Below the pieces are notes generated by a model that made no database searches, was not told the origin of the DNA, and saw only the letters and a program-made list of their open reading frames with translations. The position numbers and the translations under genes were made by a program. This document shows, in pieces, positions 31,530-41,462 of a stretch of DNA of 64,000 bases. This stretch comes from an uncultured delta proteobacterium. GTDB taxonomy: Bacteria; Myxococcota_A; Polyangia; Polyangiales; Polyangiaceae. Within the stretch, counting starts at the first letter, position 1. Every line of letters begins with the position of its first letter. The DNA is taken from the NCBI GenBank assembly GCA_963782055.1, contig CAWAIF010000003.1, positions 4,384,001-4,448,000 of the forward strand, in the 5' to 3' direction.

Positions 31530-32080
31530 CGGAGTGCGTCCAGAGCGAGGTTCAGTTCCAGCACGTTGACGATCCGGTCGGGGGTGAGCGGACCGCCGGG
31601 AGAGACAGTCTGTGCGTCGATGAGCGACTCGACGCGTGCGACCGGCAAGCCGCGGGCGTGGGCGACTCGCTCGGCCTGGTAGCGCGCGGCCTCGGCGCTG
31701 ATGTGGGGATCGAGGCCGCTGCCGGACGCGGCGACGAGATCGGCCGGGATGGGCTCGTCGGCGGTGGCCGCGTACGTCCCGACGAGCTTGGTCGCGCGGT
31801 CGGTGAGGTCCGAGCTCGTCGGCGACTTGTTGCTGCCGCCGGCGGCCGAGGCGTTGTAGTCGACCGCAGAGGGCCGCGGCCAGAAGTACTTCGGGCTCTC
31901 GAACTTCTGAGCGATGAGCCGGCTGCCCACGACCGCACCGTTCGGCCCGCGCAGGAGCGAGCCCTCGGCGCCGTCGTGGTCGACGACCTGGGCGAACGCG
32001 AAGACGAGCAGCACGTAGCCGACGACGCAAACGAGGATCGTGGCGAGCGCGACACGCAGACTGGCGAGGAGCGATTGCAT
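31526..32080 (-). CDS. kdpC: K+-transporting ATPase subunit C
   Basis: [29 protein letters not shown]. Confidence 0.95.
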   Translation of the reverse strand: MQSLLASLRVALATILVCVVGYVLLVFAFAQVVDHDGAEGSLLRGPNGAVVGSRLIAQKFESPKYFWPRPSAVDYNASAAGGSNKSPTSSDLTDRATKLVGTYAATADEPIPADLVAASGSGLDPHISAEAARYQAERVAHARGLPVARVESLIDAQTVSPGGPLTPDRIVNVLELNLALDALR

Positions 32081-32090
32081 GGCTTTACCC

Positions 32091-33767
32091 TCAGTGCATG
32101 AACTGGAAGTGCTCGGCGATGGGACCGAGCGCCGCCACCGGGAAGAAGGTGAGCGCTCCGACCACGACGATCGTCGCGGCGAGCATCACCCCGAAGGTGC
32201 TGTCGCGCACGCCGAGCGTCCCGCTGGACTCCGCCGTGGCCTTCTTCGACGCGAGTGACCCGGCGATCGCGAGCGGAAGGATGATGGGGATGAAGCGCGC
32301 GAGCATCATGACGACGCCGGTCGCGATGTCCCAGGGCGCCGTCCCGTCGCCGAGGCCCTCGAACCCCGAGCCGTTGTTGGCGCTCGCCGAGCTGAACTCG
32401 TAGAGCATCTCGCTGAAGCCGTGGGGGCCGGTGTTGTTCAGCGTCGTGGTCCCCCAGGACGTCACGGCGAAGATCGCCGTGCCGCCGAGGACGAGGAACG
32501 CATGAGCGAGGAGCGCGAGCGCCGCGAGCTTCACCTCCCGCGCCTCCACGCGCCGGTTCAAGTACTCCGGCGTGCGGCCCACCATCATCCCGGCGATGAA
32601 GACCGCGATGACGATGTAGAGGAACATGTTGATCATCCCGACGCCGACGCCGCCGAACGTCTCGTTGAGCCACATCCCGATCATCGGAAAGAGCCCGGTC
32701 ATCGGGTTGAGGCTGTCGTGCATCGCGCCGACCGAGCCGTTGCTCGTCGAAGTGGTCATGACCGCCCAGAGCGGCCCGGTGGCCGCGCCGAAGCGGAGCT
32801 CCTTGCCCTCGAGGTTCGGCAGATGCGTGATCGGCAGGCCCGCGAAGGCCGCCGTCGGCGCCTGCTCGAAGTGGACCGCGCCGCCGACCTTGACGAGCAG
32901 GAGCGCCATCATGACGGCGAAGACGACCGTCGCGTGACCCATGCGCGAGGTCATGCGGCCGAACATCCACACGCACGCCATCGGGATCTGGGTGATCGCG
33001 ATCAGCTCGACGGCGTTGGTCCAGAACGACGGGTTCTCGAACGGATGCGTGCTGTTCGGGCCGAAGAAGCCGCCGCCGTTGGTGCCGATCTGCTTGATGG
33101 CCACGAAGGCTGCAACCGGACCTCGGGCGATGAGCTGCTCGGCGCCTTCGAGCGTCGTCGCGTGGGCCGCGCCGTGGAAGGTCATCGGCATCCCGCCCAG
33201 GGTCAGGAGGAAGGCGACGCCGACCGCGACCGGCAAGAAGACGAGGAAGGTCGCCCGCTGGAGGTCGACGAAGAAGTTCCCGAGCTGCTTGCGCCCGGCG
33301 AGTCCGCGCGCCATCGCCGCGAGCGCGGCGACGCCGGTCGCCGCCGAGACGAACTGGAGCCACATCAGCGCGAAGAGCTGCGAGAGGTAGCTCATCTGCT
33401 GCTCGCCGGAGTAGTGCTGGAGGTTCGTGTTCGTGGTGAACGACGCCGTCGTGTTGAAGACGGTGTGGGGCTCGAGCGCCTTCATCCCGTCCGGGTTGAG
33501 CGGCAGGTGCTGCTGGAGCGCCATCACGCCGTAGCTCACGACGAACATGACGACGTTGAAGACGAGCATGTCGACCGCGTACCGCTTCCAGCCGTGCTCT
33601 TCGCGGCCGAGCTTGCCGGCGACGGCCACGAAGAGGCGGTCCAGCCGCTCGCGGCGCGGACCGGCGCTCTCGCCGGGATCCATGGCCCATTTCATGTAGC
33701 GACCGAGCGGCCACGAGAGCGCCGCGCAGCCGCCGACGATGAGAATGACGAACAGGAGCGCGCTCAT
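32091..33767 (-). CDS. kdpA: K+-transporting ATPase subunit A
   Basis: SFTTNTNLQHYSGE, KQIGTNGGG, NNGSGF. Confidence 0.96.
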   Translation of the reverse strand: MSALLFVILIVGGCAALSWPLGRYMKWAMDPGESAGPRRERLDRLFVAVAGKLGREEHGWKRYAVDMLVFNVVMFVVSYGVMALQQHLPLNPDGMKALEPHTVFNTTASFTTNTNLQHYSGEQQMSYLSQLFALMWLQFVSAATGVAALAAMARGLAGRKQLGNFFVDLQRATFLVFLPVAVGVAFLLTLGGMPMTFHGAAHATTLEGAEQLIARGPVAAFVAIKQIGTNGGGFFGPNSTHPFENPSFWTNAVELIAITQIPMACVWMFGRMTSRMGHATVVFAVMMALLLVKVGGAVHFEQAPTAAFAGLPITHLPNLEGKELRFGAATGPLWAVMTTSTSNGSVGAMHDSLNPMTGLFPMIGMWLNETFGGVGVGMINMFLYIVIAVFIAGMMVGRTPEYLNRRVEAREVKLAALALLAHAFLVLGGTAIFAVTSWGTTTLNNTGPHGFSEMLYEFSSASANNGSGFEGLGDGTAPWDIATGVVMMLARFIPIILPLAIAGSLASKKATAESSGTLGVRDSTFGVMLAATIVVVGALTFFPVAALGPIAEHFQFMH

Positions 33768-33859
33768 GGCTTTTGCTCCGTACGCGCCGTCGCGCTGGTG
33801 AGCGCGAACATCAGCGCGAAGCACGCGAGGCCGAGCAGCAGGTAGAGAAGGTTGCTCAT
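33764..33859 (-). CDS. 31-aa hydrophobic peptide between kdpF and kdpA
   Basis: MSNLLYLLLGLACFALMFALTSATARTEQKP; ATGA overlaps with both neighbours. Confidence 0.6.
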   Translation of the reverse strand: MSNLLYLLLGLACFALMFALTSATARTEQKP

Positions 33860-33948
33860 TGCATCGACTCCGGTTTCAGCATCGCGAACATCAGGTAGAC
33901 GAAGAGCGCGGCGGCGACGACGAGGCCGATCCAGTAAAGGGGTGTCAT
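33856..33948 (-). CDS. kdpF: K+-transporting ATPase subunit F
   Basis: MTPLYWIGLVVAAALFVYLMFAMLKPESMQ; YLxxAxxxPE signature; AGGAG RBS. Confidence 0.85.
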   Translation of the reverse strand: MTPLYWIGLVVAAALFVYLMFAMLKPESMQ

Positions 33949-33961
33949 GGGAGACTCCTGA

Positions 33962-35353
33962 TCAGAACCAGGCGGTGGCGCCGAGGGTGAGGGTGTCTTG
34001 GGAGGTGGTGTTGGGCACGTACGGCGTCGTGACGCCGTCGCCGGTGACCTGACCGCGGAAGAACATGTCGCCGTCGGCATGGTCGTGGCGGTACTCCAGC
34101 CGGATGGAGAGGTGGTCGGGCGTCGGGCGGACGTCGATCGTCGCCGTGGCCGAGCTGACCCAGTCGGTGGGCCAGAGGATGGCGGACGCGCCGGTCGGAA
34201 CGGACTCGTAGAAGGCGTCGCCGCGCGCCGCGAGGTAGAGCCAATCGGCGATCTTCACGCGCGCGTAGAGCGCGCCGGCGGCCCAGCTCGACGTCCCGAA
34301 GCGGTTCGGCTCGAAGCCGCTGTTCGCGTGCAGCAGCATCGAGAAGCGCGAGTTGAAATCGAGCTGAGCGTAGCCGTCGAAGTCGCTCCGCCAGTACGGC
34401 CCCTCCGGCGCTCCGGTCGACCGCTCGACGCCGCCGAAGTAGAGCAGGTGTCCGGTGAAGATGCCCTTCTTGTAATCGACGCTCGTCGAGACCGATTTTT
34501 CGTCGTTGTTGTCGACGACGCTGTTCCAGCCGTTGTAGCCGGCGAGCGTCGCGACGAGACCGTTGCCGAAGTCGTAACTGGCGCGAACGCCCGTGTGATA
34601 GGCCGGCAGCGCGAAGAACACGTCGGAGCGCGACCAGTTCCAGTTGTCCTTGGCCGCGATCCCCTCGGCACCGATCGGAGACAGGAAGAGCCCCGCCTGA
34701 AGCAGCAGCCCGTTTCCGATGGGGGCCTTCCAGCCGAGGTTTGCCTCCTGGACGTACTTCCAGAGATCGCCGTCGCTGGCCGCCGCGCCGCCCGCCCCAG
34801 GCGAAACAGGCTCGCCGAGATAATAGGTCGACGGCGTCTGACCCACTTGCAGCACGACCTTCGCGGTGACGCTCGCGTAGTCGAGCGTGGCGCCGGCGGC
34901 GACGTTCTGGAGCGTGAAGGTGTTGTGGCGGTTGTCGTAGCCGCGATAGTTCGTGATGCCGTTGGACGGCTCGTTGAAGTTCCACGAGTACGCCGTCTCG
35001 ACGTAGCCGAGCGGCGTCACCTTGGCCTCCGGCGCCGCGTCGGTCTTCACCGCGGGGGCCACCTGCGCGGGCGGCGCGGCGGAGGACTGCGCCGCCGACG
35101 CGGTGGGTTGCGCGGCGCTGGGCTGCGCAGCGGCGGTCGTGGCCGGCGGCGGGGGCGCGGTCTGCGACGGGGCGGCGCTGCCCTGCTGGGCGGTCGAGGT
35201 CGGCTGTCCTGCGTCCACCGTCGCCGTCGCCTGCGCCGTCTCGCTCGGCGCGGGCTGCGCGAGCACCGGAACGGCGAACGCGACGACCGAAAGGCACGCG
35301 ACACCGGCGAGGATTCGAGAGCGAGAGTGGGTCATGGCTTTTGAGGAGGTCAT
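33962..35353 (-). CDS. Putative outer-membrane porin/beta-barrel
   Basis: Signal peptide, GYVETAYSWNFNEP, NWNWSRS, C-terminal F; first gene of the kdp unit. Confidence 0.75.
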   Translation of the reverse strand: MTSSKAMTHSRSRILAGVACLSVVAFAVPVLAQPAPSETAQATATVDAGQPTSTAQQGSAAPSQTAPPPPATTAAAQPSAAQPTASAAQSSAAPPAQVAPAVKTDAAPEAKVTPLGYVETAYSWNFNEPSNGITNYRGYDNRHNTFTLQNVAAGATLDYASVTAKVVLQVGQTPSTYYLGEPVSPGAGGAAASDGDLWKYVQEANLGWKAPIGNGLLLQAGLFLSPIGAEGIAAKDNWNWSRSDVFFALPAYHTGVRASYDFGNGLVATLAGYNGWNSVVDNNDEKSVSTSVDYKKGIFTGHLLYFGGVERSTGAPEGPYWRSDFDGYAQLDFNSRFSMLLHANSGFEPNRFGTSSWAAGALYARVKIADWLYLAARGDAFYESVPTGASAILWPTDWVSSATATIDVRPTPDHLSIRLEYRHDHADGDMFFRGQVTGDGVTTPYVPNTTSQDTLTLGATAWF

Positions 35354-35557
35354 GTCGATGGCGCGTGGACGTTAAGGACCGGCGAATAAAGAAACGATAA
35401 ATTCGGCGTTTCGCCGCGCGCGGTCGCTCGAGGGCAGCAAGGCATGGGCCACCTCTGCAGAGCGCGCATGTCCCCTTCGCGGGAAGCGCGCGCCCACGCG
35501 TAGCACGTGTGCGGGTGGGTCATGCGCTCACGCCATGCACCCAGCGACGGACCACGG

Positions 35558-35770
35558 TCAGTGTCGCGCCGCAGGCGCGGCTTGTGTCTCCGCTGACTCT
35601 TGAAAGAGGGGTCGAGCTCCAGCGCGCGCGCCGCGCTCCGACTGGGCCGCGATCGACGCCACGACCGCGAGCAGGGCGAGCGAGGTGACGAGCGAGCCCA
35701 CCAACCAGGCGATGGGAACGACCGAGTCCACGAGGCGCATGACTTCTGGCGGGGTTACGTCGGGCTTCAT
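35558..35770 (-). CDS. Small membrane hypothetical protein
   Basis: ATG start, one TM segment. Confidence 0.35.
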   Translation of the reverse strand: MKPDVTPPEVMRLVDSVVPIAWLVGSLVTSLALLAVVASIAAQSERGARAGARPLFQESAETQAAPAARH

Positions 35771-36028
35771 GATGCGATCACGTTAGGAACCGCGCGCCAA
35801 AGAAACGGTAAATTCGGTTCGGACTCCTCCGTTTGAGCGCGATGGCTCGCGCCCGCCGGCGGCAGCGGCGCGAGCCGGCAACAGAGAGACTACTCTCGCC
35901 GGCGTCCGGTGACTCCGGTTGGCGTTGCGCACCGGCGGGGAGGACGAGGCTGGCTCGGCGAGCGAAGGAAGCGCCAGGTCCGGCCATTTAGTGAGCCTTT
36001 AGCGGTGGCTGGTCATACTGCCTGCGTC

Positions 36029-36268
36029 ATGTCTCACCCTTACCGGACGCCAGCGAGCGAGCCCGAGAGCCCGGCGCCGCGCGACACGCGCGCCGCGCTG
36101 GTGCTCGACGCCGAGATCGTGCTCCTGATCATCTCGACGATTGGCGTCGTGCACGGCTGCCGGCAGGGCTTCACCGCCGTCGACGGCGCCGCCTTCGCGG
36201 CGTTCCTCTTCTCCGCGCGGGAGATTGTCCGCGCCGTGTGGCGCCGGTACCGCGTCGCTCCCGGTTGA
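36029..36268 (+). CDS. Small membrane hypothetical protein
   Basis: MSHPYRTP..., two hydrophobic segments. Confidence 0.45.
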   Translation: MSHPYRTPASEPESPAPRDTRAALVLDAEIVLLIISTIGVVHGCRQGFTAVDGAAFAAFLFSAREIVRAVWRRYRVAPG

Positions 36269-36306
36269 TCGGACGCCCCCGGGCGTACTGGCGTACCATC
36301 GGTGCG

Positions 36307-36748
36307 ATGAACCCCACCGCAGCGCGCGCCCGCACGCTGGCGCACATGCGTCGTGTGCTCGCCGGCGCCACCGTCGCCGCGGCGGGCTGCTCGCACGAAA
36401 CGGCGCCGCCCACCACCGTGGTGCTGCCGGCGGCTCCGCCCGCGTCGGTCGCCGCGGCGAGCGCCGACGCGGGAGCACCCGCGCCCTCGGGAACAGCGGT
36501 GGCCGCTGCCTCGGCGTCGGCCCGGCGCGTGACGCCGAACCTCAACCCGCTCACGACGCACCCGATGATGGGGTCGGACCCTGTGCCCCCGCCCTCCTAT
36601 TGCCCGGGCGTGGGCAAGGCCTCGAAGGCGTCGGGACGGCTGTTGCACGACGCCGCCGGCACGCTCGTGGAGCTCACCGTCTCGCTCCCCGCCTCCGGCC
36701 CGAACGCCGCGACCTTCTCCGCCGCCGGGCAGCCGTCGGCCGCGCAAC
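36307..36748 (+). pseudogene. Lipoprotein truncated at R5
   Basis: Lipobox AAGC; ORF has no own stop and reads into the repeat. Confidence 0.6.
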
Positions 36749-36848
36749 CACCCTGGTCCGTCCTTCCAGTGACACCGGACGGCCCCACTTCGCATAAGAT
36801 GGATTCCGTAAACTTTCGCGCCCGACCGCGCTAGGATTTCCTATGCGC
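36749..36848 (+). repeat. Repeat A copy R5
   Basis: Identical to R1. Confidence 0.97.
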
Positions 36849-36850
36849 CC

Positions 36851-38770
36851 ATGACCGACCTCGACAGCCCCCTGTCGACGGTGCCTCACCCCAACGACAC
36901 CCAGGCCATGCGGGCCTACACGCAGACCTACGACTACGACGAGGTCGGCAACATCCTCGGGATGTTCCACACCGCCACCAGCGCCAACTGGAACCGCCAC
37001 TACACCTACGACTCCTCCAGCAACAAGCTCGCCACGACCGAGATGCCCGGCAATCCCTCCGGCGGCCCCTACTCCGGCACCTACTCCCACGACGAGCGCG
37101 GCAACATGACGGCCATGCCGCACCTGTCCACCATCGCGTGGGACTGGGCCGACCGCATGCAGAGTGCGGACCTCGGCGGAGGTGGTACGGTCTACTTCGT
37201 GTACGACTCCGCCGGCCAGCGCGTGCGCAAGGTCTGGGACAAGACGAGCGCCCTGCGCGACGAGCGCATCTACCTCGGCGGGTACGAGATCTGGCGGGAG
37301 TCGACCGTCTCCGGCGGGACTGCCACGGTGCAGGAGGAGCGACAGACCCTGCACGTCATGGACGACGTGCGGCGCATCGCGATGGTCGAGACCCTCACGG
37401 TGACGGGCGGGAGCACCGTGACCTCGCCGACGTCACGGCAGCGCTACCAGCTCGCCGATCAGCTCGAGTCCACGTGCGTCGAGGTCAAGGAGGACGGGAG
37501 CATCATCTCCTACGAGGAGTACTTCCCCTTCGGGGCAACGTCCTTCCGGTCGGAGACCGGGGAGGTCAGCAAGCGCAGGTACCGCTACAACGGCAAGGAG
37601 AGGGACGAGGAGACCGCGCTGCACTACTACGGGGCGCGGTACTACGCGGCGTGGCTTGGGAGATGGACACGACTAGACCCGGTCACCGTTGACGGGCCAA
37701 ACCGTTATGCCTATGTCCGTAACAACCCCGTTCGCATCCGAGATCCTCACGGTCTGGCGGGAGACCCAAGACTCACCAGCCTCGAAAATGCAGCACGGGG
37801 CGCGGTTGCCGTGGTAGCCGGGAGAGTCGGGATTGACCCCGCAGCAGCAGCAAGCGCAACCGCAGACCTAGAACAGCGCGCAAGGGACGCACTGTTCCGA
37901 CAGCAGCGGCAGCACGTGGGGCCGCGACACCTAACGAGCCTCCGACGCACAGACGAGCTAAACGTTCAGACCCCTACGGAGAAACTCCACCTTCCAAAAG
38001 TGCGCTCTGCCACTACACAGGCGTTGACTGCGGGCGGCGAGGGCGGCAACGGCAGCGTACGCATACGCACATACCCAACTGGTCGACCAATACACACTGT
38101 ACCGGATCCGGTGGGACAACCTGGCGCGATCGAGGGAATGATCCCGGTGTGGGGGGCAGGCCGGACTGCCATTGATGAACTCCAGCGCAACCACCCGGTG
38201 GCGGGGATCTTCTGGTCCGGCATGGCGATCAGCGACATCTTCTTCGTCAAAGGCGCAGTGGTCGGGGGCGCGCGTGCGCTTGGCCGTCTCGCGTTCCGGG
38301 AGCTTCTTGAACAGAGCGAGCGAAATAGCGCAGAAGGGTTAGCGCGAGCGGGAAGAACTCTTTATGAGGGAGAAGCTTCGCGCGGCCTGGAGAGCCTCAA
38401 ACAGGAGCAGGGTGCAGGACGAGCCGTGGCGACACAGGAAGAGAGGGCCCTTTTCGATGCAAGCAAGACTACCGACACACTTTACCAGGGAACCGCAACA
38501 ATAGACAACAACGGCGCGCGGTTCATAAAGGCCACGTCGATTTTGGCAAAGATGCAGCTTACCGCAGTCCAGAAGGCTCAAGTAGTTCAGGGCTTTGCAA
38601 CAAAGATTGGGTTCGGATTCGGAGCGGAAGGTCTCGTCAGCAAAGATGCGTATCTACTGCTCCGTTCAGAGGACCACAGATACGCCTTCCGCTTCCTTAG
38701 GGCGACCGGCGCCATTGAGTACGGAAAGTTCGATATGGCAACCATGAACTATGCGTGGAAGCAACTATGA
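36851..38770 (+). CDS. 5'-truncated RHS protein: repeat-associated core plus unknown C-terminal toxin
   Basis: YDYDEVGN, YYGARYYAAWLGRW, YAYVRNNP..DPHG; GC drops after the core. Confidence 0.88.
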   Translation: MTDLDSPLSTVPHPNDTQAMRAYTQTYDYDEVGNILGMFHTATSANWNRHYTYDSSSNKLATTEMPGNPSGGPYSGTYSHDERGNMTAMPHLSTIAWDWADRMQSADLGGGGTVYFVYDSAGQRVRKVWDKTSALRDERIYLGGYEIWRESTVSGGTATVQEERQTLHVMDDVRRIAMVETLTVTGGSTVTSPTSRQRYQLADQLESTCVEVKEDGSIISYEEYFPFGATSFRSETGEVSKRRYRYNGKERDEETALHYYGARYYAAWLGRWTRLDPVTVDGPNRYAYVRNNPVRIRDPHGLAGDPRLTSLENAARGAVAVVAGRVGIDPAAAASATADLEQRARDALFRQQRQHVGPRHLTSLRRTDELNVQTPTEKLHLPKVRSATTQALTAGGEGGNGSVRIRTYPTGRPIHTVPDPVGQPGAIEGMIPVWGAGRTAIDELQRNHPVAGIFWSGMAISDIFFVKGAVVGGARALGRLAFRELLEQSERNSAEGLARAGRTLYEGEASRGLESLKQEQGAGRAVATQEERALFDASKTTDTLYQGTATIDNNGARFIKATSILAKMQLTAVQKAQVVQGFATKIGFGFGAEGLVSKDAYLLLRSEDHRYAFRFLRATGAIEYGKFDMATMNYAWKQL

Positions 38771-39261
38771 TAGACGAGAATCGCAGATGGCTAGCAATCT
38801 ACTTGGAGTGCGCAGGGCCTGGTGCGGCCAGCGCCCGAGCACTCGAACAGTACGGCGCGAGCGCTGTCGCCGCAGCCCGCGCACACTGGGCCGGGCGCTT
38901 TCTCATTGGGCGCACATCTATCGGAGATATACTTGATGAACTGGGCAAGCCGGAGCGCGCCGAGGGAGGCAGACTCTACTACCGACTACCTACGAGGGAG
39001 AGCTACTACTACATGCTGACGGCCAAGAACGACATTTTGGTCGGCGCGGCATTCGTACGAAAGGAAGGGGTCCGACGGCGCCCGTTTAGTCAGTTCGATG
39101 CGAGTGCGGCAGAGTTGCTTCGGCGAATGGGCGCGACTCAAGAGGAGGTCTTTGCTTGGCTTGGGCCGCCCGCGGAGGAGTTTGGTTGGTGGCCGAATGA
39201 GACGTGGAGGTACGGTGACGGCACGTTTCTCGAATTTCGACACGGAATGATGGACTTGTAG
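38767..39261 (+). CDS. Putative cognate RHS immunity protein
   Basis: ATGA overlap with the RHS stop, lower GC, small size. Confidence 0.65.
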   Translation: MIDENRRWLAIYLECAGPGAASARALEQYGASAVAAARAHWAGRFLIGRTSIGDILDELGKPERAEGGRLYYRLPTRESYYYMLTAKNDILVGAAFVRKEGVRRRPFSQFDASAAELLRRMGATQEEVFAWLGPPAEEFGWWPNETWRYGDGTFLEFRHGMMDL

Positions 39262-39376
39262 ACTCAACTGGGCATCGTCCCGCGGCATGTTGAAAGTTGA
39301 GGTGTGTTTGAACAGCGTCACGTAGATCGAGGGAGAGACGCGCCGATCTGGTCACGTTCCGCGAGGGGCGGATAAA

Positions 39377-41031
39377 CCTGGATTTCGCTCGCACCGGTCC
39401 TCGGAGCGGGCGCGGGCGTCGCACGGGTCGGCGCGTCCCGGATCGGTGCCCGGCACGGCTGCCGCGCACGATAAGCGCGTAGCGTGAGCACACGTCCCCC
39501 TTTCCCCCGCCTCGCAAACCAAGTTGTGTGCCGGTCAATTCAGCATCGGGCGAGGAGCGAGTCGCAGCTGCCAGCGACCCCCGACGCGCAGCAGGCGAGC
39601 GGGCACCAGGACGCAGGCGCGACGCATCCAGGTCGCGCGCCAGTGTGCCACGGCGGTCCCCGGGCACAGCGACAGCACCCAGCGACGCATCAGGTTGTAG
39701 GCCAGCAGCTTGAGCAGCAACGCGGCCTCGTTGGCGTCGAAGGTGTTCGTCGGGGCGTAGCCGATGCCGAAGGCGTTCTTGAGCTCGGCGAAGAGCGGCT
39801 CGATCCCCGCCCGGCCGTCGTAGAAGCGCGCCACGTCGTCGGCGTCGCGGTCGTGATCGTTGGTCAGGTAGACCTGCGCCGAGTAGTCGAGGTCCTCCCA
39901 GAGGTGGACCTGCTTGCCGGTGTCGCGCTCGCTGGTCCGCACCGCCACCACGCGCCAGCCGGGAGGCCAGTCGTCGCGGCGGAAGTCCACCACGGCGACC
40001 TGTCGCGTCGGCTCGCCGAAGGCATCGCGATCGGTCGTGCGCCAGCGCGTCGTGCGCGCGACGGCGCTCATCAGGTTGGCGGTCTGCCGCATCTTCGCCA
40101 CGAAGTACGCCCCGCCGCGCTCGACCGCAGAAAGCAGCGCTGCAGACTCTCCGCCGGAGTCGATCCGCATCGTCACCACGGCTTTCGGCGCGGCGCGATG
40201 CAGCCGTCCGATCCACTGCGCGATGTCCTCGACGTCGTCCTCGCCGATGCCCGTGTCGCCCGGCCGCAGCCGCGCTCCGAGCATCGTATCGGTCTCGGCG
40301 ATGCGCGCCAGGATCGGGTGATAGCTCACGCGGCCGTGGTAGCGCGGGTTGTAGCCGACGTGCGCTCCCTCTTGCTCGCCGAACAGCGGCGTCACCGTCG
40401 TGTCCACGTCGATGGTCAGCTCCTTGGCGCGGAGCTTGGTGAGCGGCTCGAGCCCCTGCTCGGCCATCAGCTCTTCCAGCCTCTCGAGCTCGCGGCCCCT
40501 GAAGCGCCGCAGATCGTCGTAGAGCACGTCGATGCTCGGCACGATGCCGCCGGCGAGGTGCCGGAACACCGGGTCCGTCGCGAGCACCTCGAAGTCGAAG
40601 ATGCGCCGCGCTCCCGCCACCGACGCGTCGAGCAGAAGCTGAATCTGCGCCGCCATCGGATAGACCACCTGCGCTCCGGTCTTGAGGTGCCCGAAGTCCC
40701 GCCGAAGCCGACGCCCGAGTCCAATCCCCTGCACGAACGCGTTGAAGGACGCGAGGCCCCCGAGTCCCGACAACCTCGGGTCCGGCCGCCCCACCTCCAG
40801 CCCGCTCGCGCGTGCTCGCCGCACCCGGCGATTCGCCCGCTGCCACTCCCACCCCTCGGGACGCTTGCTTCCGAGCTGCTCTCGTCGCACCTTCTGGGTG
40901 CTCGGCGTGTCGCTTGCTGTTGTCTTCATCAACTCCATCAACCGGCGCGCCGAGCGCTAAATTCCAGGGCGCGCGTCGATTTTCAGGAGCGTGCATCATG
41001 CAACCGTCGCCGGAATGGAGCGAAATCTAGG
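39377..41031 (-). mobile_element. IS1380-family insertion sequence, complete
   Basis: IRs CCTGGATTTCGCTC / GAGCGAAATCTAGG; 5-bp TSD ATAAA (39372-76, 41032-36). Confidence 0.9.
39535..40941 (-). CDS. IS1380-family DDE transposase
   Basis: IDVDTT, FGEQEGAHVGYN, RIDSG, YDGRAGIEPLFAELK. Confidence 0.9.
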   Translation of the reverse strand: MMELMKTTASDTPSTQKVRREQLGSKRPEGWEWQRANRRVRRARASGLEVGRPDPRLSGLGGLASFNAFVQGIGLGRRLRRDFGHLKTGAQVVYPMAAQIQLLLDASVAGARRIFDFEVLATDPVFRHLAGGIVPSIDVLYDDLRRFRGRELERLEELMAEQGLEPLTKLRAKELTIDVDTTVTPLFGEQEGAHVGYNPRYHGRVSYHPILARIAETDTMLGARLRPGDTGIGEDDVEDIAQWIGRLHRAAPKAVVTMRIDSGGESAALLSAVERGGAYFVAKMRQTANLMSAVARTTRWRTTDRDAFGEPTRQVAVVDFRRDDWPPGWRVVAVRTSERDTGKQVHLWEDLDYSAQVYLTNDHDRDADDVARFYDGRAGIEPLFAELKNAFGIGYAPTNTFDANEAALLLKLLAYNLMRRWVLSLCPGTAVAHWRATWMRRACVLVPARLLRVGGRWQLRLAPRPMLN

Positions 41032-41110
41032 ATAAACGAAGCCCCTCAGAAGACTTGTCCGAAGACCTTCTGAGGGGCTCGCCTCCGAGTTGTCGAGACC
41101 GGAGGTGGAC

Positions 41111-41296
41111 ATGTTCGACCAGATCGAGCTTGGGAGCGAGTTTTTCGAGGGGCTGACCAAGATCGACGAGCGGATCGCGCGGGCGGTGGCCGCACGGGGC
41201 TGCGTGTGGTGCGGGGGCCCACTGCACCGCGCGGACCATCCCCGCAAGCCACGCGGGCTGATCGCGGTCGCCGCGGAGGCCTTGGGTCGCCTGTAA
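41111..41296 (+). pseudogene. Truncated CxxC protein, probable IS accessory-gene remnant
   Basis: GGAGG RBS; GCVWCGGPLHRADHPRKPRG; ends abruptly. Confidence 0.45.
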
Positions 41297-41462
41297 TACC
41301 CCAGCGAGACTCCGGAGCCCCCTCATCAATCCGTCACGTCCAGAATCGCGCCCCCTCCGCCCACACGTCTCCCGTCCTCCCGTCACGCGCGAGACCGCCA
41401 TGTCAAAGACCGAGGCGCCGGACCGACTTCCTCTCCGGCGCCCATCGCTACCCGCTGTTGAA

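Noticed and set aside
29376..32030. 884-aa KdpB with N-terminal extension
   Set aside because: The extension overlaps kdpC in another frame; ATG 31529 overlaps the kdpC stop and is the likely start
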